Shown: positions 17,701 through 27,434, numbered from the stretch's first letter. The stretch: 64,000 nt of DNA from Patescibacteria group bacterium (GCA_023473585.1 JAMCYU010000005.1:762-64761); one strand, 5' to 3'. Made by a program: numbers and translations. The notes: generated from the sequence alone by a model not told the origin.

Positions 17701-19232
17701 TAAAGAAGTTGTTCTTTAGGCCGATATTGCAAAGCTTCGGCGATATGCGTCGCCGAAATTTCTTTTTCACTTTCCAAATCGGCAATGGTTCTTCCTAATT
17801 TGATAATTCGATAGTAACTCCTGGCGGACAAATTCATTTGCATGACGGCCTGACGTAAAAGATTAAGGCACTCGGTGGATAATTCACAAAATTGCTTGAC
17901 TTCTTTAGTTCCCATTTCCGCATTATTTTTAAGATTTATTCCTTTGAATCTTTTCGTTTGTTGGTCTCTGGCTTTTTGGACTCTTTTTTTAATCTCTTTT
18001 GAGTTTTCCGTTTTAAATTTTGAGTTTTCCGTTAGTTTTTCTATCTTGACGGCCGGAACCTCAAGATGTAAATCAATTCTGTCCATAATCGGTCCGGAAA
18101 TTCTTTTTTGATAGCGGATAATTTGTCCGGGCAAACAAAGACAGGTTTTGACGGGATCGCCCAAATAACCGCAGGGACAGGGATTGGCGGCGGCGACTAA
18201 AATAAATTTCGCCGGAAAACTGACCTGGCCGGCCGCCCGGGAAATCGTCACAATCCCATCTTCAATGGGCTGACGCAAAGCTTCCAAGACGCCTCTGGGG
18301 AATTCCGAAAATTCGTCCAAAAATAAAATGCCCCGATGGGCTAAAGAAATTTCTCCGGGCATGGGATGAGTACCACCGCCGATTAAACCGATGCGGGAAG
18401 TCGTATGATGCGGCGCCCGGAAAGGACGATTTTTAATGATCGATTCACCCGGCGGCAGATTGCCGGTGATCGAATAAATTTTTGTCACTTCCAAAGCTTC
18501 TTCTTCGGTTAAGTCCGGCAAAATGCCCGGAAGAGCCCGGGAAAGCATCGTCTTTCCGGCGCCCGGAACACCTCTCATAAAGATATTGTGCCCGCCGGCG
18601 GCGGCAATTTCCAAGGCCCGTTTAACGTGTTCTTGCCCTTTAATATCGGCAAAATCAAACTCCGCCAGAACACCGGTTTTTAATTTGGCAAAAGTAAGAT
18701 GTTTTTGCGACGTGATTTTTTCGTCGGTTGTTAAATGATGAAAAAGCTGCAGAAGAGAAACCACGGGCATAACTTTGATACCATTAACCACGGCTGCCTC
18801 AAGGCTGTTGACGCTGGGCAGAAAAACCTGATCAAATTTTTTTTCTTTAGCCAGAATCGTCATCGGCAAAACACCGTTGGTATGACGCAGACTGCCGTCA
18901 AGCGAAAGCTCGCCTAAAACTAAAGTTTTCGTCAAATCAGCGGTTAGTTGACCGGAGGCGATTAAAAGACCCAAAGCTATGGGCAAGTCAAAACCCGGGC
19001 CTTCTTTGGGTAAATCGGCGGGGGCCAAATTTACGGTGATTCGCTTCGGCGGAAAATCGGCACCGGAATTTTTTAAAGCGCTTCTTACTCTTTCTTTGGC
19101 TTCCTCAACCGCCTTATCGGGAAGACCGACGATGGTAAAAGAAGGCAGACCCTGCGAGGCAATATCAACCTCAACCTCAATCGGTACACTTTCCAAACCC
19201 ACCGTCGCCCCGGAAAAAACCTTCGCCAACAT
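17700..19232 (-). CDS. YifB/ComM-family Mg-chelatase-like AAA+ ATPase
   Basis: 510 aa. N-terminal Lon-protease-like domain, Walker A GVPGAGKT, and a C-terminal ChlI-like region. Confidence 0.85.
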   Translation of the reverse strand: MLAKVFSGATVGLESVPIEVEVDIASQGLPSFTIVGLPDKAVEEAKERVRSALKNSGADFPPKRITVNLAPADLPKEGPGFDLPIALGLLIASGQLTADLTKTLVLGELSLDGSLRHTNGVLPMTILAKEKKFDQVFLPSVNSLEAAVVNGIKVMPVVSLLQLFHHLTTDEKITSQKHLTFAKLKTGVLAEFDFADIKGQEHVKRALEIAAAGGHNIFMRGVPGAGKTMLSRALPGILPDLTEEEALEVTKIYSITGNLPPGESIIKNRPFRAPHHTTSRIGLIGGGTHPMPGEISLAHRGILFLDEFSEFPRGVLEALRQPIEDGIVTISRAAGQVSFPAKFILVAAANPCPCGYLGDPVKTCLCLPGQIIRYQKRISGPIMDRIDLHLEVPAVKIEKLTENSKFKTENSKEIKKRVQKARDQQTKRFKGINLKNNAEMGTKEVKQFCELSTECLNLLRQAVMQMNLSARSYYRIIKLGRTIADLESEKEISATHIAEALQYRPKEQLL

Positions 19233-19282
19233 GATTTAATTGTCTCAAATAAAAATGAGAATCTCAAGACGACTTTCAAGAT

Positions 19283-19912
19283 TTAATACTCTTTTAGAAT
19301 CTCTTGCCGTAAGTTTAAAAAACTGGTTATGTCTTTTTGCGAAACATCCAGATGGATACTCCGCCAAAAAGAAGTCATATCCTCGTAGGCTTGACGTGTA
19401 TAAGTGATGCCAACTTTGGCAACTAAGTCAAGAAGTCCTTTTAAAGGAAAGGCTGCAAAGTTATCTTCTCCTCCAATAAAGACAAATCCTTCTGGATCTT
19501 CATCACCTTCACCCGGCCATCCTCCCGAAAAAACAACTTTTCCTTTTGAAACGCGAATCATTTCTAAAATAGACCAGGCGGCTTCTTTGCCGTTTTGGGC
19601 ATATAAAGGCATCCCCATTGAGGAAATAACCAGGTCAAAACAATTATCCTTAAAAGGTAAAGAAATGACGGCGTCCGCAGCAATAATTCTTCCCGGAAAT
19701 CGAGCCGCTATCTTTGCCAGCTGTTTTTTTCTCCAGCTAAGATTACCACCAGTTTCCAAAGTCGGCAAAATATCTATCCCCGTATAATCCAAACCCTCAA
19801 TCATGGCCTGGCTAACAGCATTACCACCGCCAACACAAACATTAAGGATTTTCCTGCCAATTAGGTCTTTCCATTTTAAATTAAGAAGACATAAAAATCC
19901 CCGACTTGCCAC
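19283..19912 (-). CDS. SAM-dependent methyltransferase-fold protein
   Basis: 209 aa. Gly-rich ILNVCVGGGN, and FDLVISS. Confidence 0.5.
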   Translation of the reverse strand: MASRGFLCLLNLKWKDLIGRKILNVCVGGGNAVSQAMIEGLDYTGIDILPTLETGGNLSWRKKQLAKIAARFPGRIIAADAVISLPFKDNCFDLVISSMGMPLYAQNGKEAAWSILEMIRVSKGKVVFSGGWPGEGDEDPEGFVFIGGEDNFAAFPLKGLLDLVAKVGITYTRQAYEDMTSFWRSIHLDVSQKDITSFLNLRQEILKEY

Positions 19913-20165
19913 CCTCGCTATAATCGGAAGTCAATGCACGGTTAGTTGATAATCCAAATTCTCCCACACTAATAAAAGGACAAGCTTCTCTAACAATCAT
20001 GACGCTATTTTAACATAAAAACCAAAAAAGCCAGCCAAATCAATAATTTTTAACTTTTTGCCAAAAAAATTCTTTTCTTCGCCAATTTTAAGCTTTCTGC
20101 TAAATCTAATCATCACAAACTCTCCCGGTCAAAATCCGACGCCATAAAATTGCGAAAAGGGGGTT

Positions 20166-20194
20166 TTTGGTTTAAGACTAATTTATGTTAAAAT
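20166..20194 (+). promoter_or_regulatory. rnpB promoter: TTGGTT, 17-nt spacer, extended -10 TGTTAAAAT
   Basis: The -10 ends 6-7 nt before the P1 5' end. Confidence 0.45.
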
Positions 20195-20198
20195 ATAG

Positions 20199-20548
20199 CC
20201 GCTTGGGAAGTCGGATGATTGCCCCGCCTTTGGCGGGAAGGAAAGTCCAGACAGCACAAAGCAAGGGACGGAGCGTAAGCTCCGACGCGTAAGCGCTGGT
20301 CTTCCGCTTTGCGGAAGCGGATTTTGAATTGACAGAATCCGAGAGCAACAGAGACGAGTCCGCCAATTGGCGGGGTGAAACGGGCAATCCCACCTGCTGT
20401 AACTTCCGACTGAGCCGATAAAGACCCAGACTTTGGGGAGGCTCGAAGAACGAAGGCACCGCGCCGAAAGGCGGGCAAGACGAGCCATCATCGCCTTGAG
20501 ATAGATGATCATCTAAAACAGAATCTGGCTTACGGACTTCCCAAGCAA
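20199..20548 (+). ncRNA. rnpB: RNase P RNA (bacterial type A)
   Basis: P1 pairing gcttgggaagtcgg / cggacttcccaagc at the two ends. P4 halves GGAAAGTCCAGAC and ACAGAATCTGGCTTAC match the universal consensus. GC-rich island in AT-rich DNA, followed by a T-run. Three overlapping minus-strand ORFs here are spurious. Confidence 0.85.
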
Positions 20549-20550
20549 TT

Positions 20551-21519
20551 TTATTTTTTTTCTGCGGTTACTTCCTGAAGAATCACCTGAAGTATTACCA
20601 CCGTCGGCACAGCCAAAAGAGCCCCAAAAATTCCGGCCAGTTTGCCGCCGATCATTAAGGCTAAAAGGGTCACAATCGGCGAAAGGCCAACCGCTTTTCT
20701 CATCACGGTCGGCACGATTAAGTTTCCTTCCGATTGATGAATAATAAAATACAAAGCCACGACCGCCAAAGCCAGGGCCGGCGAGGTGACTAAAGCGACC
20801 AAAACGGCCGGAATACCTGATAAAATCGGTCCAGCAAAAGGAACAATTTCTAAAATTCCGGCGGTAATAGCCAAAGGAAGTGCATAATCAATCCCCAAAG
20901 CCACTAAACCGATATAGGTCACCAAACCGATAAGAAACATGAGAAGCAGCTGCCCCCGAACCCAAGACCCTAACCTTTCCTCGATTTTACCCAGAAGTAG
21001 GACTAATTTTTTGCCCGAATCTTGGCCTAAAAAACTGACAAAGGTTTTTTCCAGATCCTCCCTTTCCAAAAGCAAATAAAAGGTAAAGATAAGAAACGTT
21101 ACAAGGGTAAAGATATTGGAAAATAAACCCACGGTCACGCGAAGAATGTCCCCGCTCACCGGAGTTAACTGTTGTGTCATGAACTCAAAATTTAAGGGCA
21201 AAAAGGTAAGGATTCTACTGGCCAACTCCGGAATCTTTTCCCAAAACCGCAGGGTTTGATTGATTAAAAGCGGAAAAATAGCCCCGCCTAAAGCTCCAAG
21301 AGAAATAAGAAAAGTAAGATAAATGACTAAAATAGACAAGAGACGTGGCACGCCTATTTTTTCCAGTTTTTGGACCAAAGGACGAAGAGCCGACATTAAA
21401 ATAAAGGCTAAAAATAAGATTAAAATAATATCGATAATTTGCCACAAAAACCAAAGCAGGAGCAACAATACGGCGGTAAAAAGAATCGTTTTATAGGAAA
21501 TCTCAATTCTTGTCGGCAT
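20551..21519 (-). CDS. AI-2E family transporter (UPF0118 / PerM-like)
   Basis: 322 aa, 8 TM, family-typical layout. Confidence 0.7.
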   Translation of the reverse strand: MPTRIEISYKTILFTAVLLLLLWFLWQIIDIILILFLAFILMSALRPLVQKLEKIGVPRLLSILVIYLTFLISLGALGGAIFPLLINQTLRFWEKIPELASRILTFLPLNFEFMTQQLTPVSGDILRVTVGLFSNIFTLVTFLIFTFYLLLEREDLEKTFVSFLGQDSGKKLVLLLGKIEERLGSWVRGQLLLMFLIGLVTYIGLVALGIDYALPLAITAGILEIVPFAGPILSGIPAVLVALVTSPALALAVVALYFIIHQSEGNLIVPTVMRKAVGLSPIVTLLALMIGGKLAGIFGALLAVPTVVILQVILQEVTAEKK

Positions 21520-21524
21520 AACAA

Positions 21525-22499
21525 CTATGCATTATACCATGAGCTAATCGTTTTTTCTATTTGTCTACTAAAGTTCGGGCAAGTTATGGCAAACCATTTA
21601 ATTCTTTTTTCTTTTTTAAGCCATGTTAACTGTCTTCTCGCATACCCATGTTCGGCCAATTGCCATTTAATAATGACTTCCTTTTTCGTCATTTCTCCGG
21701 CAAAATACGGCTGCCATTCACGATAACCAAGCGTTGTCCCCAAGACAGAATTTGTCCATGACAAACCCCGTTTTAGAAGATCTCTGATTTCCCTTTCTAA
21801 TCCTTGCTTTTCTCTGGCAATCACTCGCCGATCAATTTGCGCGTAGAGAAATTTATGGGGAGCCGTTAAGCCGATAAGTAAAGAGTCTAACTTTTGAGGT
21901 TTATTATTTAATTTTATGGGTTTTTTGTGCCTAGCTATTTCCAAAGCCCTTATCAAGCGTCTTGGGTTTTTTTTATCTGACTCATTCATCGTTTCCCATT
22001 TTCCCGGGTTAATTTTTTTTAACCTGTCCTGTAAAGTTTTTAAGCTTACTTTTTCTAAGCGCTGACGAAATTCCCAGTCGGGACCGATGCCTAAAGTGCC
22101 AAGACCGTCTAAAAATGACTTGATGTATAATCCTCCCCCGCCAACTAAAATCGGCAGCTTCCCTCTTTTAAGAATATCCTCTCTGACTAAATGGGCACAC
22201 CTTATATAGTCAGCCACCGTAAATTGACAATCGGGTCTAACCACGTCTAATAACCAAATTGCTCCTCCCATTGCCGTTTTCCAAAAGCCTAATTTTTTAT
22301 CGTTATACTTAATACTTGATCCTTGATACTGGCTACCTTGCGGCAGGTCTTTTCCTGTACCGATATCCATCCCCTGATAAACTTGTCTGGAATCGGCCGA
22401 AATGATTTCACCGTTAAATTTTTTGGCTAATTCTAGGGCCAGTTTGGTTTTACCCGTTGCCGTCGGTCCGCAAATAACTAAAATTTTATCCATAACCAT
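21525..22499 (-). CDS. miaA: tRNA dimethylallyltransferase
   Basis: 324 aa. P-loop GPTATGKT, and ADSRQVYQGMDIGTGK. Confidence 0.85.
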   Translation of the reverse strand: MVMDKILVICGPTATGKTKLALELAKKFNGEIISADSRQVYQGMDIGTGKDLPQGSQYQGSSIKYNDKKLGFWKTAMGGAIWLLDVVRPDCQFTVADYIRCAHLVREDILKRGKLPILVGGGGLYIKSFLDGLGTLGIGPDWEFRQRLEKVSLKTLQDRLKKINPGKWETMNESDKKNPRRLIRALEIARHKKPIKLNNKPQKLDSLLIGLTAPHKFLYAQIDRRVIAREKQGLEREIRDLLKRGLSWTNSVLGTTLGYREWQPYFAGEMTKKEVIIKWQLAEHGYARRQLTWLKKEKRIKWFAITCPNFSRQIEKTISSWYNA

Positions 22500-23041
22500 T
22501 GTTTAAATCTCTTTAAATCTTTTAAAATCAAAAAACATAGGCGTTTCCATAAATTGGCAAAATAGGTTATATTAAATAAAATCATACTGACGATAATAAT
22601 GGCATCATAACTTCGGCGAATAAAATATTCATCGTCAAGCATGAGCCACATCCCAAACTCATCAAAAGTCAAAGCTAAACCGATGCCGAAGAAAGCCGCC
22701 AGTTTAATTTTCCAGGCCTGAACATAATGATATGGCAAAACCATGACCGAATAACCGATAACACTGTTTAAAAGTATCCCCCAGGCAAAATGATGAATAT
22801 GAACTCCCCTAACGTTTCTGGTGATTGACTCCGGTACCAAACCCAAAAGCGATAGATAAACCCAGGTTCTGGCTAAAATAAAAGTTATTAAAAAGAAAAA
22901 GAAAATAACAAAAGGCACGCCTTCTTTTTGTTTTTTGACAAATTTTTCATAAAGAAAATATGGTGGTTTAAAAATATTATTTTCCATCTTTCTTCTATAT
23001 GATATACTAAAATCCAAAGGAGAAAGCAAGATGATCACCAA
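22478..23041 (-). CDS. hypothetical polytopic membrane protein
   Basis: ORF track, 187 aa. Real start is probably the internal Met (MENNIF...). Overlaps the miaA start by 22 nt. Confidence 0.45.
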   Translation of the reverse strand: MVIILLSPLDFSISYRRKMENNIFKPPYFLYEKFVKKQKEGVPFVIFFFFLITFILARTWVYLSLLGLVPESITRNVRGVHIHHFAWGILLNSVIGYSVMVLPYHYVQAWKIKLAAFFGIGLALTFDEFGMWLMLDDEYFIRRSYDAIIIVSMILFNITYFANLWKRLCFLILKDLKRFKQWLWIKF

Positions 23042-23405
23042 AAATCAAATTTACCGCTGTAACGTTTGTGGCAATATCGTCACTGTTTTATACGCCGGTG
23101 GCGGACAATTAGTTTGCTGCGGGCAGCCAATGGAACTCCTTCAGGAAAAAACCCAAGATGAAGGAGCGGAGAAACATGTTCCCGTGGTGGAGAAAACCGC
23201 TAATGGGATTAAGGTCAAAATCGGTTCCGTCCCGCATCCGATGGAAGAAAATCATTACATTCTCTGGATCGAGGTTATCGCTGATGGCGAAACGTTGCGC
23301 CATTTCTTAAAACCGGGCGATGGGCCGGAAGCGGAATTTTATCTAAAGGCGGAAAAAATAACGGTCAGAGACTATTGTAATATTCACGGGCTTTGGCAAG
23401 CCTAA
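23031..23405 (+). CDS. dfx: desulfoferrodoxin (2Fe superoxide reductase)
   Basis: 124 aa. N-terminal desulforedoxin CxxC...CC, and SOR domain EKHVP / HP / C-N-HGLW ligands. SD AAAGGAG upstream. Confidence 0.85.
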   Translation: MITKNQIYRCNVCGNIVTVLYAGGGQLVCCGQPMELLQEKTQDEGAEKHVPVVEKTANGIKVKIGSVPHPMEENHYILWIEVIADGETLRHFLKPGDGPEAEFYLKAEKITVRDYCNIHGLWQA

Positions 23406-23406
23406 T

Positions 23407-24423
23407 TTAGATGTTAATTAATTTGTCTAAAATTCGGAAACGCCGCTTTTTTTCTTGATGCGAAACATCATCTTTAAATTTAAAAGCCGCCGTTTGCGGA
23501 CGGGGTGAATACATCGCTATATAGGCTTTAACAAAGCCAACTTTCTTGCATAATTTAAAAGTATTCAAAAATTGCTCCTCTGTTTCACCAGGAAATCCCA
23601 CAATAATATCAGTACCGATTTGCATCTTGGGAATTTGTTTTTTGATTTTTTTGACTAAATTTAAATAATCAGAAGTCTTATAATGACGATTCATCATCTT
23701 CAAAATTTCATCATCTCCGGACTGCACGGGTAAATGCAAGTAGCGGTCTATTTTGGGAAGTTTTAAGGCTTCAATAATTTCGTCGGTCAGATCCCAAGGA
23801 TTAGAAGTCATAAAGGAAATTTTCTCTAAACCGGATAAATCATTTAAAGTACGCAATAAATTGGCAAAAGTTGCTTTTGTATTTTGAAGGTCTCGACCAT
23901 AAGCATTAACATTTTGACCGAGAAGCATTATTTCTTTATTTCCCCGCCTTGTTAATTCTTCGACTTCACAAATAATTTCTTCCAATGGTTTTGAAATTTC
24001 TCGGCCGCGGCTGTAAGGAACGACGCAATAAGTACAAAAATTATTACAACCCTCCATGATGGAAACAAAAGCAGACGTTTTTGAATTGTGAATTGTGAAT
24101 TGAGAATTGTGAATTAGATCGGAGATTTTGATAAACTCATCAACCCCTGGCAGTTTCTTTTTTAAAGAAGTTATGCCGTGATAGAGCATGCAACCCGTAA
24201 GAATGATTTTTTGCTTCTTTTTCTTTTTTTTAATGAGATTATTTACTAATCCCAAAACCCGATGTTCGGCCGATTCACGAACCGAACAGGTATTAATCAC
24301 AATTTCATCTGCTCCATCAATAGACTCCGCTTTTTGCCAACCACGAGATTCATATCCGGCGGCTATTCTTTCCGAATCGGCCTCGTTCATCTGACAACCG
24401 AAAGTCTTAATAAAATATTTCAT
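23407..24423 (-). CDS. miaB: MiaB-like radical-SAM methylthiotransferase (no TRAM domain)
   Basis: MTTase N-domain FGCQMNEADSE, and radical-SAM CNNFCTYC. Start set at the internal ATG (MKYFIKTFGCQMN). Contains a heptamer tandem repeat and a lysine homopolymer. Confidence 0.7.
   Translation of the reverse strand: MKYFIKTFGCQMNEADSERIAAGYESRGWQKAESIDGADEIVINTCSVRESAEHRVLGLVNNLIKKKKKKQKIILTGCMLYHGITSLKKKLPGVDEFIKISDLIHNSQFTIHNSKTSAFVSIMEGCNNFCTYCVVPYSRGREISKPLEEIICEVEELTRRGNKEIMLLGQNVNAYGRDLQNTKATFANLLRTLNDLSGLEKISFMTSNPWDLTDEIIEALKLPKIDRYLHLPVQSGDDEILKMMNRHYKTSDYLNLVKKIKKQIPKMQIGTDIIVGFPGETEEQFLNTFKLCKKVGFVKAYIAMYSPRPQTAAFKFKDDVSHQEKKRRFRILDKLINI
24083..24117. repeat. 5 tandem copies of heptamer GAATTGT (one GAATTGA, one GAATTAG) inside the miaB-like CDS
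   Basis: Read directly from sequence. Encodes IHNSQFTIHNS in the linker before the radical-SAM core. Confidence 0.7.
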
Positions 24424-24427
24424 AAGG

Positions 24428-25219
24428 TTAACTTGAGGCGGAAGAATATTGCCCCAGGGCAAAATGCCAAAGTTTTAAACTTAAAATAAAAAGAAAAATA
24501 CCGATTAAAAAAGCCACCAAAATTCCCCAACCCGACAAAAGACCCATTAGGGCTTTAGCCGGAAAAGCCATCATAATCCCGACCGGCAAAATATAGGTTA
24601 TCAAGAAACGTAAAGGTTCCTTATAAACATCAATGGGAATCATGGCCATTCTCGTTACGTCACGATAGAGCATAATCGAATTATCTATTTCCGTCGTTAA
24701 GATCCCCAAAGCTAAAACCGCAATATGAAAAGCGGCGGCAATTAAAAAAGCGTTGGCAATTAAAAGAAGATAAAAAATTACTCCCCATAACGTGATCCCG
24801 CCGATTTTACCGGCTAAATAAATCGTGGCAAAAGCAAAAGGGACAAACATTAAAAGATCGACAACGTCGGCACCACCGGCTAAAACCCGAAACAAAGGAT
24901 TAATGGGTTTGGCTAAAACCAAATCAAAATTGCCGGAAACAACCAAGGGTCTAAAACGATAAACCTCTCGGAAAAGAAGTTGAACGCCAGTATCGATTAA
25001 ATTATAAGTTAAGACAAAAAGGGCGGCCTGATATAAATTATAACCGGCCAAAACTTTTGTTTTGGAAAGTAAAAAGAGCAAAAAAACAAAGAAGAAGGTG
25101 AAGCGCAGGGCCTTGCCTACAAAAAAAAGACCGAAACTGAAACGTGAGGTTAACATCGTCATAAAAGAATAGGCCGTTAATTTTAACCAAACACGTAAAT
25201 ATCTTTTAAGATTTTTCAT
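24428..25219 (-). CDS. ABC-2 family transporter permease
   Basis: 263 aa, 6 TM, conserved YRFRPLVVSGNFDLVLAKPINPLF region. Confidence 0.6.
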   Translation of the reverse strand: MKNLKRYLRVWLKLTAYSFMTMLTSRFSFGLFFVGKALRFTFFFVFLLFLLSKTKVLAGYNLYQAALFVLTYNLIDTGVQLLFREVYRFRPLVVSGNFDLVLAKPINPLFRVLAGGADVVDLLMFVPFAFATIYLAGKIGGITLWGVIFYLLLIANAFLIAAAFHIAVLALGILTTEIDNSIMLYRDVTRMAMIPIDVYKEPLRFLITYILPVGIMMAFPAKALMGLLSGWGILVAFLIGIFLFILSLKLWHFALGQYSSASS

Positions 25220-25222
25220 CTT

Positions 25223-26029
25223 TTATCTTCCTTCGGCTCCATAAACTTTAAGTCCCGCCCTCCATGTTTTATTAACAATAATAAACCAAATCCCTAACCA
25301 GGCAAAACCAAGACTAAAACCGAAGACAATTTGGATGAAATTTACCTGGCCTAAATAGATTTTTAAGGGAAAATAAAGAAGATACGGGAAAGGAGTCAGT
25401 TGAAGAAAATTAAATAAAGGCTTTGGCAACATGTCCAGAGGAAAAATTGTGCCGGCAAAAAATTCCAGGAAAATAGAAAAAACAAATCTCGGACCCCAAA
25501 CGCCGGACCATGATTCCGGCGTCCAAAAGGCAATCAGTCCTAAAAACAAATTAATGAAAAAATAAAGAATGGTTGAAAGCATTAAAGATAAAATAAAAGT
25601 CATCAACAACAAGAGATTGGTCTGTAAGAAAAACGGCGGCTTAACGATCAAGAAAAATAAGGTTAGTTCTATACTGACAAAAAAAATATTTAAAAGCTTG
25701 TCGGCAAGGTCGCGGGAAAACCAATAAACCAAAAAATTCAAGGGCTTAAGAAGATAATTGGTTAAATTTCCCTGATTTATTTCCGAACCCACATCAATTG
25801 TCCGTGATGAAAAAATAAGCGATCGAACAAAAGCAACCCCGATAATATAAGTTAAAATCGTCCTTTGTTGCCAGCCGAAAAGACTCGTTTGACCGCCAAA
25901 AATGGCCAACCAAAAAAAATAAATGGTAATAAAACCGATAAAACTTCGAAGTCTCCAAACTAAAAAATTAAGCCGGTACATTGCGTATTCAGCCCAAGTA
26001 TTTTTGATCGTTAACCAGTATTTTTTCAT
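25223..26029 (-). CDS. ABC-2 family transporter permease (second subunit)
   Basis: Polytopic. Start placed at the internal ATG (MKKYWLTIKN), because the track's longer ORF overlaps the ATPase by 38 nt. Confidence 0.6.
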   Translation of the reverse strand: MKKYWLTIKNTWAEYAMYRLNFLVWRLRSFIGFITIYFFWLAIFGGQTSLFGWQQRTILTYIIGVAFVRSLIFSSRTIDVGSEINQGNLTNYLLKPLNFLVYWFSRDLADKLLNIFFVSIELTLFFLIVKPPFFLQTNLLLLMTFILSLMLSTILYFFINLFLGLIAFWTPESWSGVWGPRFVFSIFLEFFAGTIFPLDMLPKPLFNFLQLTPFPYLLYFPLKIYLGQVNFIQIVFGFSLGFAWLGIWFIIVNKTWRAGLKVYGAEGR

Positions 26030-26036
26030 AAAAAGA

Positions 26037-27008
26037 TTATTTATGAGAGAAGACCTGACGAATAATATCTTCAATGGCCGGTTCTTCGATTAAAAGATCG
26101 GCGACGGGAAAGTCCCGTAAGAGTTCCGAAGCCGCCAAGGAAATGACTCCCCGAGGAACGGAAATCAGAGCTTTAGGATATTCATATTTTTTTATTTCTC
26201 CGATTTTTTGCAGTTTTTTCGCATCAATATCGTGACTGAAGATAACTGACAAAAGTTTATAGCCGGCATATTTTTCGACTAATTTCTGCAAATTCCCATC
26301 ATAGATAAGCTTTCCTTTATCAATAATGACAACTCTTTCGGCTAATTCTTGAACATCCCCCATATAATGGCTGGTTAAAATAATGGTCGCTTTGTAAAGC
26401 CGGTTATAGTCAGCTAAAAAATCACGAATCTTTTTTTGAGAAATAACATCCAAACCAATCGTCGGTTCATCTAAAAATAAAACTTTGGGCGAATGGAGAA
26501 GGGCCGCAACTAATTCGCATTTCATGCGTTCACCCAAAGATAATCTTCTGGTGGGGACTTTTAATAAATCTTTAATCTCTAAAAGTCTGGTTAAATCAGT
26601 CAAGGTCTTTTCAAATTGGGCATCGGGAATTTGGTAAATTTCTTTATTTAAAAGAAAGGTTTCCATTGGCGGTAAATCCCACCAGAGTTGATTTTTTTGA
26701 CCCATAACCAGGCTGATGTTTTTTAAAAATTCCGTCTGGCGCTCATAAGGGGTAAAACCGGCCACTGAAACTTCACCGCTGGTAGGGTATAAAAGTCCTG
26801 ATAAGACTTTTAAAGTCGTTGTTTTGCCGGCTCCGTTTGGACCGATAAAACCCACTAATTCTCCCTCTTTAATCGAAAAGGAAAGATCGTCAACGGCTTT
26901 AACGTCTAAAGACTGACGGTTAAGCAAAGATTTAAAAGAACCTAAAAGACCGGCCTCTTTTTGCCAGACCTGATAATTTTTTTTAAGATGAGAAACGGCA
27001 ATCATCAT
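26037..27008 (-). CDS. ABC transporter ATP-binding protein
   Basis: 323 aa. Walker A GPNGAGKTT, signature LSLGERMK, Walker B LFLDEPT. Confidence 0.85.
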   Translation of the reverse strand: MMIAVSHLKKNYQVWQKEAGLLGSFKSLLNRQSLDVKAVDDLSFSIKEGELVGFIGPNGAGKTTTLKVLSGLLYPTSGEVSVAGFTPYERQTEFLKNISLVMGQKNQLWWDLPPMETFLLNKEIYQIPDAQFEKTLTDLTRLLEIKDLLKVPTRRLSLGERMKCELVAALLHSPKVLFLDEPTIGLDVISQKKIRDFLADYNRLYKATIILTSHYMGDVQELAERVVIIDKGKLIYDGNLQKLVEKYAGYKLLSVIFSHDIDAKKLQKIGEIKKYEYPKALISVPRGVISLAASELLRDFPVADLLIEEPAIEDIIRQVFSHK

Positions 27009-27033
27009 AAATTTCTAATTTCTAATTGGTCTC

Positions 27034-27042
27034 ATTATACCA
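27034..27042 (-). promoter_or_regulatory. extended -10 (TGgTATAAT) promoter candidate for the ABC exporter operon
   Basis: Reverse-strand read tttTGgTATAATgagacc, 25 nt upstream of the ATPase ATG, immediately after the hup terminator. Confidence 0.35.
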
Positions 27043-27043
27043 A

Positions 27044-27079
27044 AAAGAGAAGCTCCCATTCAGGGAAACCTCTCTTTAA
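27044..27079 (-). terminator. rho-independent terminator downstream of hup
   Basis: Minus-strand AAAGAGAGGTTTCCC-tgaa-TGGGAGCTTCTCTTTTT (imperfect stem plus U-run). Confidence 0.45.
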
Positions 27080-27097
27080 TTATCAATTAACTAAATC

Positions 27098-27370
27098 TTA
27101 CCTGACAACTTTTTTTAAGGCTTTGCCGGCGGTAAAACCAGGAGTTTTTCTGGCCGGAATATCAATCGCCGCTCCAGTTTGGGGATTTCGTCCCTTTCTG
27201 GCGGCTCGAGAACGAACGGAAAAAGTCCCGAATCCGGTGATAACGACTTTCTCGCCTTTCTTTAAAGTATCAGCCACTCCACCAAAAACGGCGGCGACGG
27301 CTTCTCTGGCTGCTTTATTGGTAAGATTAACTTTCTTGGCGACGTGTTCGATTAAATCAGCTTTAGTCAT
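27098..27370 (-). CDS. hup: HU family DNA-binding protein
   Basis: 90 aa. Typical HU/IHF sequence including the RNPQTG arm. SD AAAGGAGGTGA. Confidence 0.9.
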   Translation of the reverse strand: MTKADLIEHVAKKVNLTNKAAREAVAAVFGGVADTLKKGEKVVITGFGTFSVRSRAARKGRNPQTGAAIDIPARKTPGFTAGKALKKVVR

Positions 27371-27434
27371 GAAGATTCACCTCCTTTAGGCAGATAAATT
27401 TGGTTTTAGGCTGTAGTTAAAGCCTTCCGCCAAC

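Noticed and set aside
20178-20512. Three overlapping minus-strand ORFs (93-109 aa) from the six-frame track
   Set aside because: They lie entirely within the GC-rich RNase P RNA gene on the opposite strand. Their Arg/Ser/Pro-rich low-complexity translations are typical of spurious ORFs in structured-RNA genes.
23030-23110. Apparent 1-nt inconsistency between my manual read of the dfx start / a GGG run and the ORF-track coordinates
   Set aside because: Most likely my own counting error. ORF-track coordinates were used for CDSs, and hand-derived coordinates are given as approximate (±1-2 nt).
24083-24117. Tandem heptamer repeat, and the two distant 26-bp repeats, considered as a possible CRISPR array
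   Set aside because: The units are 7 nt with no spacers. The 26-mer occurs only twice, 28 kb apart, in opposite orientation. There is no repeat-spacer periodicity and there are no cas genes.
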